Source: a bacterium
Lineage (GTDB): Bacteria; Bacteroidota; Ignavibacteria; Kapaibacteriales; UBA7675
Assembly: GCA_030430495.1 (NCBI GenBank)
Contig: JAUIKM010000030.1
Span: forward strand, 40-64,039
Length of the DNA: 64,000 bases
Reading direction: 5' to 3'
Shown: positions 37,068 to 46,871 of the stretch, piece after piece
Layout of the letters: every line of letters starts with the position of its first letter
Position numbering within the stretch: position 1 is the stretch's first letter
Notes under the pieces: generated by a model
What the model was told of the DNA's origin: nothing
Seen by the model: only the letters and a program-made list of their open reading frames with translations
Database searches by the model: none
Position numbers and translations under genes: made by a program

Positions 37068-37335
37068 AGGTTGTTTAAGACTGGATATACCTCTGCGAGA
37101 TCAAGGGGCCCGCCTGCCCCATCGCCCGCCCCGCCGCCACCGCGAGTCTCCACCACGTCCAGACGCACTCCTCCCACCCTGCAACCAGTGCAGATTTTTG
37201 TAGGGCAAACGTCAGTCCGGCATAACACGGCGCGTTGCATGCGGCGCTCCGTGGTATGCTCCAGTCTACATCGAAACCACAATTTATCCTCGCGTAAAAA
37301 ATTGAACGCTGCGCTGAACGCATGTAAGCGGGCGA
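37068..37335 (+). repeat. Dispersed intergenic repeat family 1, copy C
   Basis: GAGATCAAGGGGCCCGCC...CCCCGCCGCCACC, CTCCACCACGTCCAGACGCACTCCTCCCACCCTGCAACCAGTGCAGATTTTT, a GC palindrome GGCGCGTTGCATGCGGCGC, and AAAAAATTGAACGCTGCGC. Confidence 0.75.
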
Positions 37336-37674
37336 TTTTTCCGCCTGAACGGACCTTGCGCTTCACGTCCGGCCCACAACAAGACAAGCGCCGCAGTCCA
37401 TCCGTCAAACCGATCTGCGGAGCCGGGAGCACTTGCAAATATCGCCGCAGTGTTTTTGTCGGCCGCCACGCACAAACGGCCCTTTTTCCGACTTGATAAA
37501 TCCCCTCTTGTTAGTCGGCGGGAGCGAAACGACCAGCCGCCGGGCTGCAAACCTCTTTCGTCTTCGAGCCCGCAAATGATCGGCCCCATTTTTGTTCCAT
37601 ATCCTCATCCGACAGGCGAATACCAGCGCAAATCAGATGTTCAACGCCCCCCGATCCCATCCAGGAGTACTATC

Positions 37675-38985
37675 ATGCAACGACTTATCACAACCGTCAC
37701 AGTGGTTTCAATTCTCGCCGGCTGCGCCGTCTGGCTTGTCGGCGCCGACGACCGCGCCCCCGTTCCCGCTCCGCGCGTGTCCGCTGATTCCCTCCGTGCA
37801 ACGCCGCCGCTCTCGACCAGACTGACGCCCGCGCCACAGGACCCGTCCTTCGCAGCGCCGGCGCTGGACCGCAGCGCTCCGGTGGAACCCGCCGCCGCGC
37901 CGATCACAAAACCGAGCGACGGCGACGACCTGATACAACTGGCTTTGTTGCTCGACTGCAGCGGCAGCATGGACGGACTGATTTCCCAGGCGCAAGCTTA
38001 TCTGTGGAATATCGTCAACGAACTTTCGGCCATGCAGCGCGACTACCGTCCGGCGCGCATGGAACTGGCGCTGTACGCCTACGGCATTGAAGCTCCCGGC
38101 GGCGCAAACGACTACGTCACCCGCATTGCAGCCTTTACCTCGGACCTCGAAGCCATTTCCGCCAAACTCTTTGCGCTGGAAACGTCCGGCTCGGTCGAAC
38201 TCTGCGGCAAAGTGTTGCACCGCGCGCTCGACGAACTGGAGTGGAGTAAAAATGAGAATACATTGCGCATCATGGTGATCGCCGGCAACGAGTCTTTTGC
38301 CCAGGGTCTTACCGATTTCCGCGCCGAGTGCGAACGCGCCGCAAGGGATCAAACCGTGATCAACACGATTTTCTGCGGCAACTGCTCGGAGGGTGTTGAA
38401 CTGATGTGGCGCGACGCCGCGCACCTGGCCGGCGGAACCTACAACTGCATCGATCACAACGACGAAATTCAGGACGTCGCCACGCCCTATGACGGCATCA
38501 TCGACAGCCTCAATCAGGAGCTGAACGACACATACATCGGCTATGGCCACGGAGGCGCCGAACGCAAATCAATGCAGTTGTACAATGATGCCAATACGGG
38601 GCAACTCAGCAAGGAGCAGTCCGTCAACCGCACAATCGTCAAATCTTCCGACGCGTATTCCAACGGCAGCTGGGACATCGTCGACGCCGTCGCCGCCGAA
38701 GAGTTGGATCTCGAAACGGATGAAGACCTGCTGCCGGAGCGTTTCAGTGAAGCAAGTGTGGACGTACGCAAATTTATGGTGTCGGAGTTGGCGGACAAAC
38801 GCGGCGAGGTGCGCCGCCGGATCCAGGAAACAGCCGAGCTGCGCGGCCGATACCTCAGCGAACTGCCCCGGCCCGCAAAACCCTCCTTTGCCGACGCCCT
38901 GGTGCGCAGTCTGCGCGAACAGGCCGCCGCGCGTGGTTTCAAACAAAACTCCACCGTCAAAACTGACACGCTCGGCACAAAATGA
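37675..38985 (+). CDS. von Willebrand factor type A domain lipoprotein
   Basis: AGGAG lies 8 nt before ATG 37675. Lipobox ILAGC. MIDAS motif DCSGSM in LALLLDCSGSMDG. 436 aa. Confidence 0.78.
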   Translation: MQRLITTVTVVSILAGCAVWLVGADDRAPVPAPRVSADSLRATPPLSTRLTPAPQDPSFAAPALDRSAPVEPAAAPITKPSDGDDLIQLALLLDCSGSMDGLISQAQAYLWNIVNELSAMQRDYRPARMELALYAYGIEAPGGANDYVTRIAAFTSDLEAISAKLFALETSGSVELCGKVLHRALDELEWSKNENTLRIMVIAGNESFAQGLTDFRAECERAARDQTVINTIFCGNCSEGVELMWRDAAHLAGGTYNCIDHNDEIQDVATPYDGIIDSLNQELNDTYIGYGHGGAERKSMQLYNDANTGQLSKEQSVNRTIVKSSDAYSNGSWDIVDAVAAEELDLETDEDLLPERFSEASVDVRKFMVSELADKRGEVRRRIQETAELRGRYLSELPRPAKPSFADALVRSLREQAAARGFKQNSTVKTDTLGTK

Positions 38986-39175
38986 GACAAAATTTGTCCT
39001 TGCCGGGCTGGAATTTGAGACCCATTTTTGTTTCGCTGTGTCTTGGGGTCCAACGTGAATCGACGTGCGCCTTTCAGCAACGATCGCGCACATTGATCCG
39101 GCGTCCCCAAACACAACGAACTCAATGAACACTACGCGCACGCCCGGTAAAAATTCCAAACTGGAGGACACTCAC

Positions 39176-40450
39176 ATGCACATGCGGCGTAAGATCTTTG
39201 CACTGCTCTTCACCGTCTCACTGACCGGCCTTTCGCTTTTGACGTCCTGCTGGCTGACGCCCAGCACCTATACATATGTAGACTACGAGCCGGTGTACAT
39301 GCCGGTCGAGGAACTGCGGTCCTCTGTGGAAGCGCTGCCTTCCCGTTCATTGGTTAACCCGGGAAAAATCTGGGTGTACAATCAATATCTGTTGATCAAC
39401 GAACGCGGCGAAGGCATCCACGTGATCGACAATTCGAATCCTTCGTCGCCGCAGTTTGTGTCCTTCCTGGCGATTCCGGGCAACGGCGATATGTCCGTGC
39501 GTGAGAACATTCTCTACGCCGACAGCTATATCGATCTGGTGGCGCTCGACATCAGCGACCCCGTGGCTGCGCGCGAGGTTGGTCGCGTCGAAAACATTTT
39601 CCCGCAGACGCTGGAAAATACCGGCATTGCTTTCGATCCGGATCGCGGCGTCATCGTCGACTGGAAAGAAGTGACCGTGGAAGTAGAAGGCGGCGACGAC
39701 AGCAGGCCCATTGCGGACGGTCGTCCCTTCCAGCGCGGCGGCGGCGTTATCACGGCCAACGACGCGTCGGCAGCTGCGCCCGGCACCTCCGGCGAACTGA
39801 GCGTCGGCGGATCGATGGCCCGTTTTACAATAGTGAACGGCATTCTCTACGTGGTGGACAGCGACGACCTGCAACTCTTTACGCTGACGGAACCCTCGCG
39901 TCCGGCGGCATGGGCCAAGGTCAACGTCGGCTGGGGCATCGAGACGATTTTTGCCTACGGCAACAAACTCTTCATCGGCTCGCAGCGCGGTATGTTCATT
40001 TACGACAACAGCAACCCGCTGAATCCGACGCAGCTGGCCGAGTTCCTGCACGTCCGCTCCTGCGACCCCGTCGTGGCGGACGACAAATACGCCTACGTGA
40101 CGCTGCGCACGGGCACGGCCTGCGCGCGCGGCTCCAACCAGCTCGACATTATCGACATCGGCGACATCCGCAATCCGCAACTGCTTAAGTCCTACGCGAT
40201 GCAGAACCCGCACGGTCTGGCCATCGTCGGCAACACACTTTACATTTGCGACGGCGAGGCGGGGCTGAAGGTCTTTGACGCCGAGAATCGCAGCGATATC
40301 AAACTGGAGACGCAGGACGCCTCACTGGAGACCTATGACATCATTCCCGTCGGCTCGCTGGCGATAGTCATCGGCCCCGACGGACTGCACCAGTACGACT
40401 GTTCCGATCCGTCCAATATTCAAAAGCTCAGTGTTATCGCACCGCGTTAA
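39176..40450 (+). CDS. LVIVD-repeat beta-propeller lipoprotein
   Basis: GGAGGA lies before ATG 39176. Lipobox LLTSC. Repeated hydrophobic-DISDP / IIDIGDIRNP segments are characteristic of LVIVD repeats. Confidence 0.6.
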   Translation: MHMRRKIFALLFTVSLTGLSLLTSCWLTPSTYTYVDYEPVYMPVEELRSSVEALPSRSLVNPGKIWVYNQYLLINERGEGIHVIDNSNPSSPQFVSFLAIPGNGDMSVRENILYADSYIDLVALDISDPVAAREVGRVENIFPQTLENTGIAFDPDRGVIVDWKEVTVEVEGGDDSRPIADGRPFQRGGGVITANDASAAAPGTSGELSVGGSMARFTIVNGILYVVDSDDLQLFTLTEPSRPAAWAKVNVGWGIETIFAYGNKLFIGSQRGMFIYDNSNPLNPTQLAEFLHVRSCDPVVADDKYAYVTLRTGTACARGSNQLDIIDIGDIRNPQLLKSYAMQNPHGLAIVGNTLYICDGEAGLKVFDAENRSDIKLETQDASLETYDIIPVGSLAIVIGPDGLHQYDCSDPSNIQKLSVIAPR

Positions 40451-40558
40451 ACCGATGGGCATATCGGTTTAACATCTGGTGTGGCACACAGAGTTTTCGG
40501 TTCGAGCGCAGGGGGGCAACTTGCGTTAGCATGTCAAAAAATTCGAGCCGAAAACGCC

Positions 40559-40591
40559 GAGGCGATCCGCAAGGATCGCCTCGATTGTTTT
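40559..40591. terminator. Bidirectional terminator between the LVIVD gene and sigZ
   Basis: GAGGCGATCC-GCAA-GGATCGCCTC, with GATTGTTTT on the plus side and GGCGTTTTC on the minus side. Confidence 0.8.
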
Positions 40592-40614
40592 AAACAGATG
40601 GTAACACAGCCGAG

Positions 40615-41202
40615 TTAACTACCCGAGCATTTGTCGCAATCGGATTGATTGACGCCGGGTCCGCCACGACGCTGGAAGTCAACTATCCCGCCGCGCACAT
40701 CCTGTTCCACCCGGCAGCAGTCCAGAAACACCTCGCGCAGTTTCTCCCTGCCGCGCTGAATGCGCGACTTTGCACCGGACAAACTCAGCCCCAGAATTTC
40801 AGCAGTTTGCGCCTGACTTAAACCGTCGATGTCGGCCAACTCCACTGCGCGGCGATGCGCCGGATCGATCTGCGCCAACAGCGGCAGCATACACTGCGCC
40901 AGCGCTTTCCCGGCAGATTCCTCTTGTTCGTCGCGCAGTTCGAGGTTCTCAGTTAAACTCTCGCCCTGCGGCCGCCCGCGGCGGTAGTAGTCGGCTATGG
41001 CGTTGCGCGCAATCCTGAACAGCCAGGCGTGCAGTTTGCCGTCGTCCAGCAGACTGTCGCGCTGCCCCAAGGCGCGGGCGATAACATCGTGCAGCACGTC
41101 CTCGGCATCTTCCGCATTGTCAATGCGCTTGCGCACAAAACCGTGCAGCATCGACCGCGCGCGGCTCCACGCCGCCGTTTCCACCTGCTTGTCCGTTTGC
41201 AT
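40615..41202 (-). CDS. sigZ: ECF sigma-70 factor, SigZ type, with a C-terminal Cys-rich extension
   Basis: 195 aa from ATG 41202; the 369-aa track ORF is an upstream read-through artefact. Region 2 is AEDVLHDVIARA...HAWLFRIARNAIADYYR. Region 4 is GLSQAQTAEILGLSLSGAKSRIQRGR. The tail is FLDCCRVEQDVRGGIVDF...CDKC. Confidence 0.82.
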   Translation of the reverse strand: MQTDKQVETAAWSRARSMLHGFVRKRIDNAEDAEDVLHDVIARALGQRDSLLDDGKLHAWLFRIARNAIADYYRRGRPQGESLTENLELRDEQEESAGKALAQCMLPLLAQIDPAHRRAVELADIDGLSQAQTAEILGLSLSGAKSRIQRGREKLREVFLDCCRVEQDVRGGIVDFQRRGGPGVNQSDCDKCSGS

Positions 41203-41305
41203 GATTTTCCGCCCACCTGAACGTGTTAACATTGTTTCCTCCCGTGGACGAGGAACATGGGCAAATCGTATCCGCCGCGAACGGCGAGACTCGTCATGCG
41301 CCGCT

Positions 41306-41647
41306 TCAGGATTCGGACTCCGTTGCGCAGCAGGAGGCATCGGCAGCGCAGCATTCCTCGGCAGCGTCCGGGGTGCAGCAGTCGGCGCTGTGAGCAGGTT
41401 CGCAGCATGAACTGACCGCATCCGCGGAACAACACGACGAAGACGGCGCGCAACAGGAACAAATATAAACAGGCGCGCAGCAGACGGCAGCATTAACAGG
41501 CGCACAACACTGAACGACCGGCGCCGGCGCACAGCAAACGGCGCTGCGGAATTGTCTGCTGTTTGCAGATGTGTTTCGAACGGATGTTGTTGTGTGCGGC
41601 AGGACGCAACATGCGCCCGCAAATGCAGAGTATTGGAAATACAACAT
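41306..41647 (-). CDS. Hypothetical Cys-rich protein with nine regularly spaced CC doublets
   Basis: 113-aa ORF with GAGG 9-12 nt before the ATG, 21 Cys and no signal peptide. The 27-bp-like periodicity is in frame. The alternative frames give low-complexity Arg/Leu junk. Confidence 0.55.
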   Translation of the reverse strand: MLYFQYSAFAGACCVLPHTTTSVRNTSANSRQFRSAVCCAPAPVVQCCAPVNAAVCCAPVYICSCCAPSSSCCSADAVSSCCEPAHSADCCTPDAAEECCAADASCCATESES

Positions 41648-41857
41648 GGCTTTAACCTCAAGAGTACGTTGACGTGTTTGTCGTTTGCACTCCTGCTGAC
41701 GCCACTTCCTGTCAAAAGACGCAAAAACGTTTTCGCTGTGGGTTGATCAGCGGGCGCTTCGGGGTTTTAGCTTGTCTGCTAATTGCGTGCCAAAAACAGC
41801 GTTTTCAGTAAAAATCGTGGTGACCGGGGCGGGATACCCTGTTAAGCGGTCAATATT

Positions 41858-41904
41858 TCAGGTTTAAAGAAATGAGCTGTGAGCCCTTAGGGATCACAGC
41901 TCAT
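41858..41904 (-). terminator. Terminator of the FG-GAP/ASPIC gene
   Basis: 11-bp stem ATGAGCTGTGA / TCACAGCTCAT (41872-41882 / 41894-41904), followed on the minus strand by TTTCTTTAAAC. Confidence 0.7.
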
Positions 41905-41920
41905 ACGTAGTTCTACGTAC

Positions 41921-44389
41921 TCAACGAAGCTCAAGCCGCACAGTCCTCAGCTCCAAACCGGCTTCAAGTTCAACAACATACGCGCCCGCAGCCAGCCCCG
42001 CAACATCGAGCTCAAGACGCGGCGCACCCGCCTGAAACTCACCGCTTAAAACCTCGCGGCCCAGCAGCGAACGAACAACATATCGGCCCGAAGTCCGGTT
42101 GATGTCGTCCAGCACAATTGATACGCGTCCGCCCTCAACCGGGTTCGGATAAGCCCGCAGCTCCTGTTTAACGTGCGGATCGCCGACCGAAACCTCGCTA
42201 TGCTCGCCCTGGCGGATCGTCACGTTCTGACCCGCGATGAAGGGACCGAGGAAGTACTCGTTAACATCCGTGCCCGGCCAACGCACCGCCAGTCCTGTTA
42301 ACAAATCGTTTTCACCCAGGCCGAAGTGCTGCCGCGCCGGCCGTTGCACGCGCACGCCGCTGCCCGCGTTAACCTCGCGCGTCATGATGCCGGAAGCGCC
42401 GTAGGCCGTGATGCGCGCGCCGACGGCCTGCGCCGCGCCGCCCTCAGGCACAAGCGACACCCGCACGGAGCCGCCCGCGTCCGGATTAACATTGTGATAC
42501 AGTCGCAGTTGGCGCTCCGACGACATAAACATATCCAGGCGGCCGTCGTTGTCGTAGTCCACAAAGGCCGGACCGTAGACGCGGTTCCAGTTGCCGCCGC
42601 GGTGGTTCTGGAATCCGTAGCGATACGTCGCCCATTCAAAAGTGTGATCGGGCTGCTGTTCGTACACCGCGGAATAACGACAGCGATAAAAACTCGGCAT
42701 AAACACGTCCAGCAGACCGTCGTTGTTTAAGTCCGCCATCGCACCGCTGCCGAAGGCGTCTTCATAGCGAAAACCATGCGTGCCGAACAGGTCGGTAAAC
42801 CGGCCGTCGCCGTCGTTGCGGTAGAGCGTCGTCCAGCGGTGATCAAACTCAAAGTTGCGCACGTGCGCCACCTGCGTCACCAGCAGGTCCAGGTCGCCGT
42901 CGTTGTCGTAGTCGCCGAATTCGCCGCCGGTACCGTGCGCCGAACCGCCCTGATCGTTAATATCCAGCCGCGCGTCGGCCGTCACGTCCGTAAACACCAG
43001 GTTGCCGTCGTTGCGGTACAGTTCGTCGCGCTGCAGCACGTAGTTGATCACCAGCAGGTCCTGATCGCCGTCGTCGTCGTAGTCCGCCCAGCGCGCGCCG
43101 CCGCGCGTAAAAGTCTTGTTGTTCACCAGCGTGTAAAACACATCGCTGCGGTCGGTAAATGTGCCGTCGCCGTTGTTTAAGTAGAAGTAGTTCGGCAGCG
43201 AAACCGGCGGGGTGGGCGGATCCCATTCGAGCCAGCTCTGACCGACAAAAAAGTCGGGATACCCATCGTTGTTGGCGTCCGCAATCGCAATGCAGGAAAG
43301 TCCGCCGTTTTTATCGTTGACCGCCGGCGCTTCCGGCCACTCGCGCGCCGTGAAATTCTGATTGCCGTCGTTGATGTAAAAGCGGCCAAAATCCTTGCTG
43401 ATGTGAACGATGTCAAGATCGCCGTCGCTCTCCAGATCGATAAAGGCGTTCGCGCCGTAAAGATGCGGCAGCTCGCCGATGCCCGCGCTCGCCGTTATCT
43501 CCTCAAACGTCCCGCCATTGTTGCGGAACAGTCGGCCCGAAGCCATCAGGTCGATAAATGTATCGCCGTCCAGATCCGCCAGTGCGACGGTCTCCCAGCG
43601 AATATCGTCCGGCAGCCCGGCCGCCGCCGTCGCGTCCGCAAAGTAGGGCGCGGCGTGCTCCGGCTCGTCGATCAGCACGTCGATCATGAAAGCGTTGTTC
43701 GTCACCACGCCCTGCTGGTTCTGGTTGATCGCATAAGTGCCGTCGCCCAGAGAAAACACCTGAAGCACATTCTGGGCCTGGCCCGGCGCGCTGCAGTAAA
43801 TCTCGTGATCTATGTTGTCCGACACCGTGGAGATGCCGCTGCCGAATTCGTCGATCGCCACAAAAAAGTAATGCTCGTCGACCGGCACCGGCGTGGGCAG
43901 TTGCACTTCGACCAGTTCCACCTGCGTGTCGCTGCTGAGTTGTTTGTTGACCGTCACCGGCGGCATCAGGTCCGCCTGCAACTCCGGCAGCGACGTGCCG
44001 CCCTCCTGTCCAAAAATCCGCAGACGCACCGTTCCGGCGGGACCAATCAGCCCGACGCGCACCGAAACTATGTTGCCCGGCGCATCCAGTTTGAACCAGG
44101 CCGCCTGCAGCGGAAAACGATCCGTGTCAAAAGGTCCGCGGAATCCCTGACTGTCGTCCCAGGGCTGCAAGCGCTTTTGCACCGCCGTGGCGTCCGACGC
44201 GGATTTACCGCTGCGCACCACCTCCGGCACGCCCAGATATTCGGGCGGCCGCGGCAGGGGCAAGGTGTGAACGGCATCGTCCAGCAGAGCTGGATCGGCG
44301 AGATTCTGCGCATTGACCGGGATCGCGGCCGCGGCTGTCATGGTGGTCAGGACGGCAAGAATCGACAAGGCACTGGTTGCAATCTTCAT
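41921..44389 (-). CDS. FG-GAP/VCBS repeat, ASPIC/UnbV (CRTAC1-like) protein with a T9SS C-terminal sorting domain
   Basis: 822 aa from ATG 44389 (signal peptide MKIATSALSILAVLTTMTAAAA). Repeated D.D.DGD.D(L/I) Ca-binding FG-GAP motifs. The C-terminus is LRAYPNPVEGGRVSIVLDD...GAYVVELEAG... Confidence 0.82.
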   Translation of the reverse strand: MKIATSALSILAVLTTMTAAAAIPVNAQNLADPALLDDAVHTLPLPRPPEYLGVPEVVRSGKSASDATAVQKRLQPWDDSQGFRGPFDTDRFPLQAAWFKLDAPGNIVSVRVGLIGPAGTVRLRIFGQEGGTSLPELQADLMPPVTVNKQLSSDTQVELVEVQLPTPVPVDEHYFFVAIDEFGSGISTVSDNIDHEIYCSAPGQAQNVLQVFSLGDGTYAINQNQQGVVTNNAFMIDVLIDEPEHAAPYFADATAAAGLPDDIRWETVALADLDGDTFIDLMASGRLFRNNGGTFEEITASAGIGELPHLYGANAFIDLESDGDLDIVHISKDFGRFYINDGNQNFTAREWPEAPAVNDKNGGLSCIAIADANNDGYPDFFVGQSWLEWDPPTPPVSLPNYFYLNNGDGTFTDRSDVFYTLVNNKTFTRGGARWADYDDDGDQDLLVINYVLQRDELYRNDGNLVFTDVTADARLDINDQGGSAHGTGGEFGDYDNDGDLDLLVTQVAHVRNFEFDHRWTTLYRNDGDGRFTDLFGTHGFRYEDAFGSGAMADLNNDGLLDVFMPSFYRCRYSAVYEQQPDHTFEWATYRYGFQNHRGGNWNRVYGPAFVDYDNDGRLDMFMSSERQLRLYHNVNPDAGGSVRVSLVPEGGAAQAVGARITAYGASGIMTREVNAGSGVRVQRPARQHFGLGENDLLTGLAVRWPGTDVNEYFLGPFIAGQNVTIRQGEHSEVSVGDPHVKQELRAYPNPVEGGRVSIVLDDINRTSGRYVVRSLLGREVLSGEFQAGAPRLELDVAGLAAGAYVVELEAGLELRTVRLELR

Positions 44390-45007
44390 AGGTTGTTCCT
44401 GGTTGTTGAAATCGCGCGGTTGAATGAAACCGGCGCAGGGGCAGCGCCGCATAAATTCCAAAAATTCGCGCTCAATACGAAGTCTGATGACAACACCTGC
44501 CAACCTGCCAGGGTCTCAACCCGTTCCGGCGCGGACCCTCTTACCCGCCTTTTGCATGACTTTTTTGCTTGTCGCGCAGCCGGAAACTGCGAGCCTGTTT
44601 TTGAGCGTCAAACGCCCGGACCCGGCGCCCGAATTCCTCGTGTGAGACGCGCAGCGGCCGGCGGATGCTTTCATGCCCCGGAGCCCGCCGACACTGTGTC
44701 GCAAGGCCGCGGGCCAAACAAGAGATTGCAAGGAAACATCAGCGAAAAACGGCCACAATGAACAATTTTTCATAATGAATTAATTGAAAAGGACGCCAGT
44801 GATTTGCAGTTTGCGAGTCGCTAAAAATCTGCAAGGCGCAGGAAGTCGGTTTCTCCCGTTTCGGGACTCCGTTGTGCAGCGATGGCGACGAAGGCCATCC
44901 GCCGGTTTCCACAGGGATTTGGGGACAGCATCAGAAAAGGTCGTGACATTTCACAGTCCAGAATCGACTCCGCGATACGAGAGCCGCTGCGCTCTCCGGC
45001 CGGATTT

Positions 45008-46720
45008 TTGAGATTGACGAGCAGCGTCCTTGCCTGTCTTTTTCTCGCCGGAATCATGGTTTCCTGCGGCGGCGACTCCGCGCCCGGGGAACGACCGAAC
45101 ACCTTCCGGCTCAACCTCAGCGACGGTGTGGCTTCGCTTGATCCGGCGCTGATCAGCTACCAGTCGGCCATCTGGGCGGGTTCCCAGATTTACTACGGTC
45201 TGGTGCAGCTGGACGCCGACGGCTCCATCGCTCCCTGCGTGGCGCAATCCTGGTCGGTCGACAGCAGCGGATTGGTCTGGACCTTCAAACTGCGCGACGA
45301 CGTTCATTTCCACGAAGATCCTTGTTTCGGCGAAGCCGGCTCGCGCCGCGTCAACGCCCACGACGTCAAGTACTCAATCGAACGCATCTGCGACGCCCGC
45401 ACGGACACGCGCGGCTACTGGGTGTATCGCGAGCGACTGGACGGCGCACAGGAATTTCAGCAGGCCACGCAGATCGGCAATATCCCGGACGGCGGACTGC
45501 GCGGCATTCGCGTGCCGGACAGCCTGACGGTGGAATTTACGCTGACCGCGCCATTTGCGCCTTTCCCCTCGCTGCTGACGATGCCCTACGGCTACATCGT
45601 CCCGCGCGAAGCGATTGAGCACTACGGCATCGACTTCGGTCGTCATCCGGTCGGCTGCGGCGCGTTTGAATTCGTCAGTTGGAAAGACGACATAGAATTG
45701 AAGCTGCAAAAACATCCGCAGCACTTTGAGACGAGCGCGGACGGACGGCGGCTGCCGCTGCTGGACGAAGTGACGATCAGCTTTATCCGCGAGAGCAAGT
45801 CCGAGTTCCTTGAATTTCAGCAGGAAAACCTCGATTTCGTCGAGGAGATCGACCCCTCGTTTGCGCGCAGCGTTTTTGACGAAGAGGGCAATCTGCTGCC
45901 GGACTACCAAAAGTACACGCTGCTGAACTCGCCGGGCAACTCGGTCGAGTACTACGGCATGATGCTGGACAGCACGACGAGCGGCGGCGAAGACTCCCCG
46001 CTGCTGCGCTCGCCGGAACTGCGCAAGGCGCTCAACTACGCCATCGATCGCGAAAATATCGTCAGGTACGTGCTGCACGGAGCGGCGACGCCGGGACACT
46101 ACGGCATTCTGCCGCCGGGCACGCCGGGATTCTCGGACAAGACCAAAGGTTTTTCCTTTGACCGCGAAAAAGCGGCCGCCCTGCTGGCCGAAGCGGGATA
46201 TCCGAACGGCGAGGGACTGCCGCAGCTGACCCTGCAACTGGGCAACAGCGAGCGCACCGCCGCCGTGGCGGAAGCCGTACAGCAGATGTGGCGCGAGGTC
46301 GGCGTCAACGTGGAACTGCGGCGCATCGACTTTCCGCAGCACCTCTCGATGGTGGCCGAGGGCAAACTGGCACTGTGGCGCACGAGCTGGATAAGCGACT
46401 ATCCCGACCCCGAAAATTTTCTGGCGCTGTTTTACGCGCCGTTCAAGGCGCCGAAAGGCCCGAACACAACCAGAATTGCGCTGCCTGAACTGGATTCCCT
46501 GTATCAGGAAGCGCTTTCCCAGCGGCTCGGCACGGCCGAGCGATACGCCCTCTACAACGAGATGGAGCGCATCGTCCTCGACCAGACGCCCTGGATCGTT
46601 CTCTACTACACCATCAATCAGCGGCTGGTGCAGCCCTGGATCCGCGGCGTGTATCTGGACAGCCAGAACCGCCTCGTGCTGAAAGAGGCTGAAGTAGTAC
46701 GGGAACCAATCACACAGTGA
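45008..46720 (+). CDS. Family-5 (peptide-type) ABC substrate-binding lipoprotein, orphan
   Basis: The start is uncertain (TTG 45008 or 45014). Signal with lipobox AGIMVSC. Typical SBP_bac_5 segments (FRLNLSDGVASLDPA, WSVDSSGLVWTFKLRDDVHFH, YNEMERIVLDQTPWIVLYY). No permease or ATPase gene is adjacent. Confidence 0.75.
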   Translation: MRLTSSVLACLFLAGIMVSCGGDSAPGERPNTFRLNLSDGVASLDPALISYQSAIWAGSQIYYGLVQLDADGSIAPCVAQSWSVDSSGLVWTFKLRDDVHFHEDPCFGEAGSRRVNAHDVKYSIERICDARTDTRGYWVYRERLDGAQEFQQATQIGNIPDGGLRGIRVPDSLTVEFTLTAPFAPFPSLLTMPYGYIVPREAIEHYGIDFGRHPVGCGAFEFVSWKDDIELKLQKHPQHFETSADGRRLPLLDEVTISFIRESKSEFLEFQQENLDFVEEIDPSFARSVFDEEGNLLPDYQKYTLLNSPGNSVEYYGMMLDSTTSGGEDSPLLRSPELRKALNYAIDRENIVRYVLHGAATPGHYGILPPGTPGFSDKTKGFSFDREKAAALLAEAGYPNGEGLPQLTLQLGNSERTAAVAEAVQQMWREVGVNVELRRIDFPQHLSMVAEGKLALWRTSWISDYPDPENFLALFYAPFKAPKGPNTTRIALPELDSLYQEALSQRLGTAERYALYNEMERIVLDQTPWIVLYYTINQRLVQPWIRGVYLDSQNRLVLKEAEVVREPITQ

Positions 46721-46871
46721 TGAGCGCAAGGCTCCGCATTCAGCGCGACGGGAAGATGCGCGCGGCGCCGGACCTCATCACCGTCAATCGTCGCAAGTCA
46801 ATGCACAGCAGCATTTCAGCAGGAACGATGGAGATAATCACACAACACATGCAGGACGGAGTACCGCTGCC

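Noticed and set aside
41203-41724. 369-aa version of the sigma-factor ORF (40615..41724)
   Set aside because: The upstream 174 aa are low-complexity Arg/Ala/Pro junk that overlaps the CC-repeat ORF in another frame. The ECF sigma region 2 begins right after the internal ATG at 41202, which gives a normal 195-aa SigZ-type protein.
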